From Heterodontus francisci (Eukaryota), in the NCBI RefSeq assembly GCF_036365525.1, contig NW_027141511.1, forward strand, positions 744,001 to 808,000: a stretch of DNA of 64,000 nt, given 5' to 3'. Position numbers and translations under genes: made by a program. This document shows positions 61,365-64,000 of this stretch, piece after piece. The notes under the pieces are model-generated. The model worked only from the letters and a program-made list of their open reading frames with translations. It was not told where the DNA came from and did not search any database. Each line of letters begins with the position of its first letter. Position 1 is the first letter of the stretch.

Positions 61365-63235
61365 CAGTCATAGAGTTATACAGCACATAAACAGTCCCTT
61401 CGGCCCATCGTGTCTATGCCAGCCATACAGCACCCACCTATTCTAATCCCATATTCCTGCACTTGATCCGTAGCCCTGTATGCTATGGCGTTTCAAAGTG
61501 CTCATCTAAATACTTCTTAAATGTTATGAGGTTTCCCGCCTTCACTGCCTCTTCAGGCAGTGTGTTCCAGAATCCAACCACCCTCTGGGTGAAAAAGTGT
61601 TTCCTCAAATCCCTCCTAAATCTCCTGCCCCTTACCGTAAATCTATGCCCCCTGGTTCTTGTTCCCTCCGCTAAGGGAAAATGTTTCCTCATATATAACT
61701 TGTCAGTGCCCCTCATAATCTTCTACACCTCAATCATGTCCCCCCTCAGCCTTCTTTGCTACAAGGAAAACAACCCTAGCCTTTTCAGTCTCTCTTCATA
61801 GCTGAAATGCTCCAGCCCAGGCAACATCCTGGTGAATCTGGTCTGCACTTTCTCCAGTGCAAATACATCCTTCCTATAATATGGTGACCAGAACTGTACA
61901 CAACCCTCCAGCTGTGGTCTTATAGCTCCATCATAACCGCCCTGCTCTTATATTCTATGCGTCGGCTAATAAAGGCAAGTATCCCAAATGCCTTCCTAAC
62001 CACCTCATCTACCTGTGCTGCTGCCTTCAGTGATCTATGGACAAGTAACCAAAGTCCTAATGACTTTCTGTACTTCCTAGGGTCCTACCATCCATTGTGT
62101 ATTCCCTTGCCATGTTTGTCCTCCCAAAATGCATTACCTCACACTTTTCAGTATTAAATTTCATTTGCCACTGCTCTGCCCATCTGACCAGCCCATCTAT
62201 ATCTCACTGTAATCTAAGGATTTCCTCCTCACTATTTACAACACCACCAATTTTTGTGTCATCTGCGAAGTTACCGATCATACCTGTTATATTCACGTCT
62301 AAATCATTAATGTACGCTACAAACAGCAAGGGTCCCAGCACCGACCCCGGTGGTACACCACTAGTCACAGGCTTCCAATCGCAAAAACAGCCCTCGACCA
62401 TTACACTCTGCCTCCTACCACTAAGCCAATTTTGGATCCAATTTGTCAAATTGTCCTGGATCCCATGGGCTCTTACTGTCTTAACCAATCTCCCATGCAG
62501 GACCTTATCAAAAGCCTTACCGATATCCATGTAGATTACATCTACTCCTTGACCCTCATCGACATAGCTGGTCACCTCCTTGAAAAATTCAGTCAAGTTC
62601 GTTAGACACGATCTCCCCCTGACAAAGCCATGTGGACTATCTTTGATTAATCCCTGCCTCTCCATGTGGAGACTGATCCTGTCCCTCAGATTTTTTTTCC
62701 AATATTTTCCCAACCACAGATGTTCGACTCACCGGCCTGTAATTACCTGGTTTATCCCTACTACCCTTCTTGAATAATGGTACCACATTCGCTGTCTTCC
62801 AGTCCTCTGGTACCTCTCTTGTGGCCAGAGAGGATTTGAAAATTTGTGTCAAAGCCCCTGCTATGTCCTCCCTTGCCTCACATAACAGCCTGGGATACAT
62901 CTCATTTGGGCCTGGGGGTTTATCCACTTTTAGGCCCCCTAAAACACGGAATATTTCATTCCTTTCTTATATGTTCAAGTATATCACAATCCCCCTCCCT
63001 AATCTCTAGACCAACATCGTCCTTCTCCACAGTGTACACCGATGAAATGTAACCATTTAAAACCTCACCTATGTCCTCCAGCTCCACACACAGATTGCCA
63101 CTTTGGTCCCTATGGGGCCCTACTCTTTCCCTGGTTATCCTTATACTTATACTTTATACTTATAAGACGCCTTGGGATTTTCCTTTATCTTGCCCACCAC
63201 TGTTCCTCCTCTTCACTCTCCTAATTACTTGTTTA
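61365..63235 (-). mobile_element. 5'-truncated CR1 LINE
   Basis: DKPPGPNEMYPRLL, WKTANVVPLFKKG..PGNYRPVS, YMDIGKAFDKVLH, GVPPGSVLGPLLF, NFADDTK. Confidence 0.92.
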
Positions 63236-63249
63236 ATGCCCATCTATCT

Positions 63250-63590
63250 ACCTCGGCCTTAAAAATATTTCACTGCCTTTTGAGGAAGAGAGTTCCAAAG
63301 TCTCATGATCCTCTGAGAGATAAACAATTCTTCTCATCTCTGCCTTAAATCAGCGATCCCATATTTTGAAACAGTGACCCCTAGTTCTAGATTCTCCCAC
63401 AAGAGGAAACATCCTTTCCACAACCCAGCCATCAAGATTCCTCATAATCTTTTATGCTTCAATCAAGTTGCCTCTTACTCTTATAAACTCTGGCTAATAA
63501 AGCCCAGCCTGTCCAATCTTTCATCGTAAGACAAGCACCCCCCGCCCCCCCCCCCCACCACCATTCCAGGTGTTAGTCCAGTAAACCATT
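63250..63590 (-). mobile_element. CR1 3' fragment with a C-rich run
   Basis: Similar to 47210-47500 (GAAGAGAGTTCCAAAG...CTAGTTCTAGATTCTCCCAC). Confidence 0.72.
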
Positions 63591-63910
63591 TTACACATGC
63601 TTGACCTCGTACCAAAATTTGACAAAGAAGCCCTGTAGCAAATAGTGTAAAGATTTGGTTAATTTTGCAAAATTTGGCGAGCTCACTTGTGAATATATTG
63701 AGTTATATTAATGAGAAAACAGGCCGTTTACCACAATGACAATGGTTAATGTCAAACAGCTCCTATCTCTGATGTTAAATGGGCACTGGAGCACAAATTA
63801 ACTAAGGTCTCGAAACCGCATGGCTACCAAATGCAGCAAATTAACTGTAATCACAAATCTACAACATTCATCTCGGATTAGCTGTCAACGAGCTGAGTAT
63901 GTGTAACATG

Positions 63911-63939
63911 TGAGTCAGAGTTCTCTGCAAGCGTGGGCG
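63911..63939 (+). promoter_or_regulatory. AP-1 + EGR motif module, copy 3; probable promoter of a further paralogue beyond the window
   Basis: TGAGTCA (63911-63917), 13-nt spacer, GCGTGGGCG (63931-63939). 63600-63960 is homologous to 33340-33680 and 37860-38180. Confidence 0.5.
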
Positions 63940-64000
63940 GTGCCCAACTAATGCAGATTCCAAAATGTGATATTCATGTTTAGCGGCACATTATGTATGT

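Noticed and set aside
53-63262. The many short ORFs of 60-200 aa in the ORF track as novel host genes
   Set aside because: Nearly all are frames or antisense frames of decayed LINE, RTE or integrase sequence, antisense to GPCR exons, or chance ORFs without motifs or splice support.

Overview
This is eukaryotic, repeat-rich vertebrate DNA, most likely from a cartilaginous fish (inferred from its CR1/HER1-type LINEs, DeuSINE, Penelope-type fragments and GPR139-like receptor array). Host genes: (1) two tandem, minus-strand, two-exon GPR139/GPR142-like class A GPCR paralogues, one intact (325 aa) and one with a single in-frame TGA; (2) a plus-strand, 7-coding-exon Siglec/MAG-like Ig receptor (about 457 aa; V-set, two more Ig domains, TM, ITIM tail) that lacks the canonical sialic-acid-binding arginine; (3) a decayed duplicate of that gene's promoter and leader exon upstream, and a third copy of the promoter module at the right edge. 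Most of the rest is transposon-derived. The most unusual pattern is a single-ORF (endonuclease + RT) LINE family whose full-length copies begin with a tRNA-derived Pol III A/B-box head. Short SINE-like copies join that same head directly to the LINE 3' tail. Also present: Penelope-type repeats with hammerhead ribozyme cores, a solo LTR upstream of a GPCR, an RTE with a 22-bp TSD, an LTR-type integrase remnant and a foldback element. All calls were made by eye; repeat boundaries are approximate unless a TSD is given.
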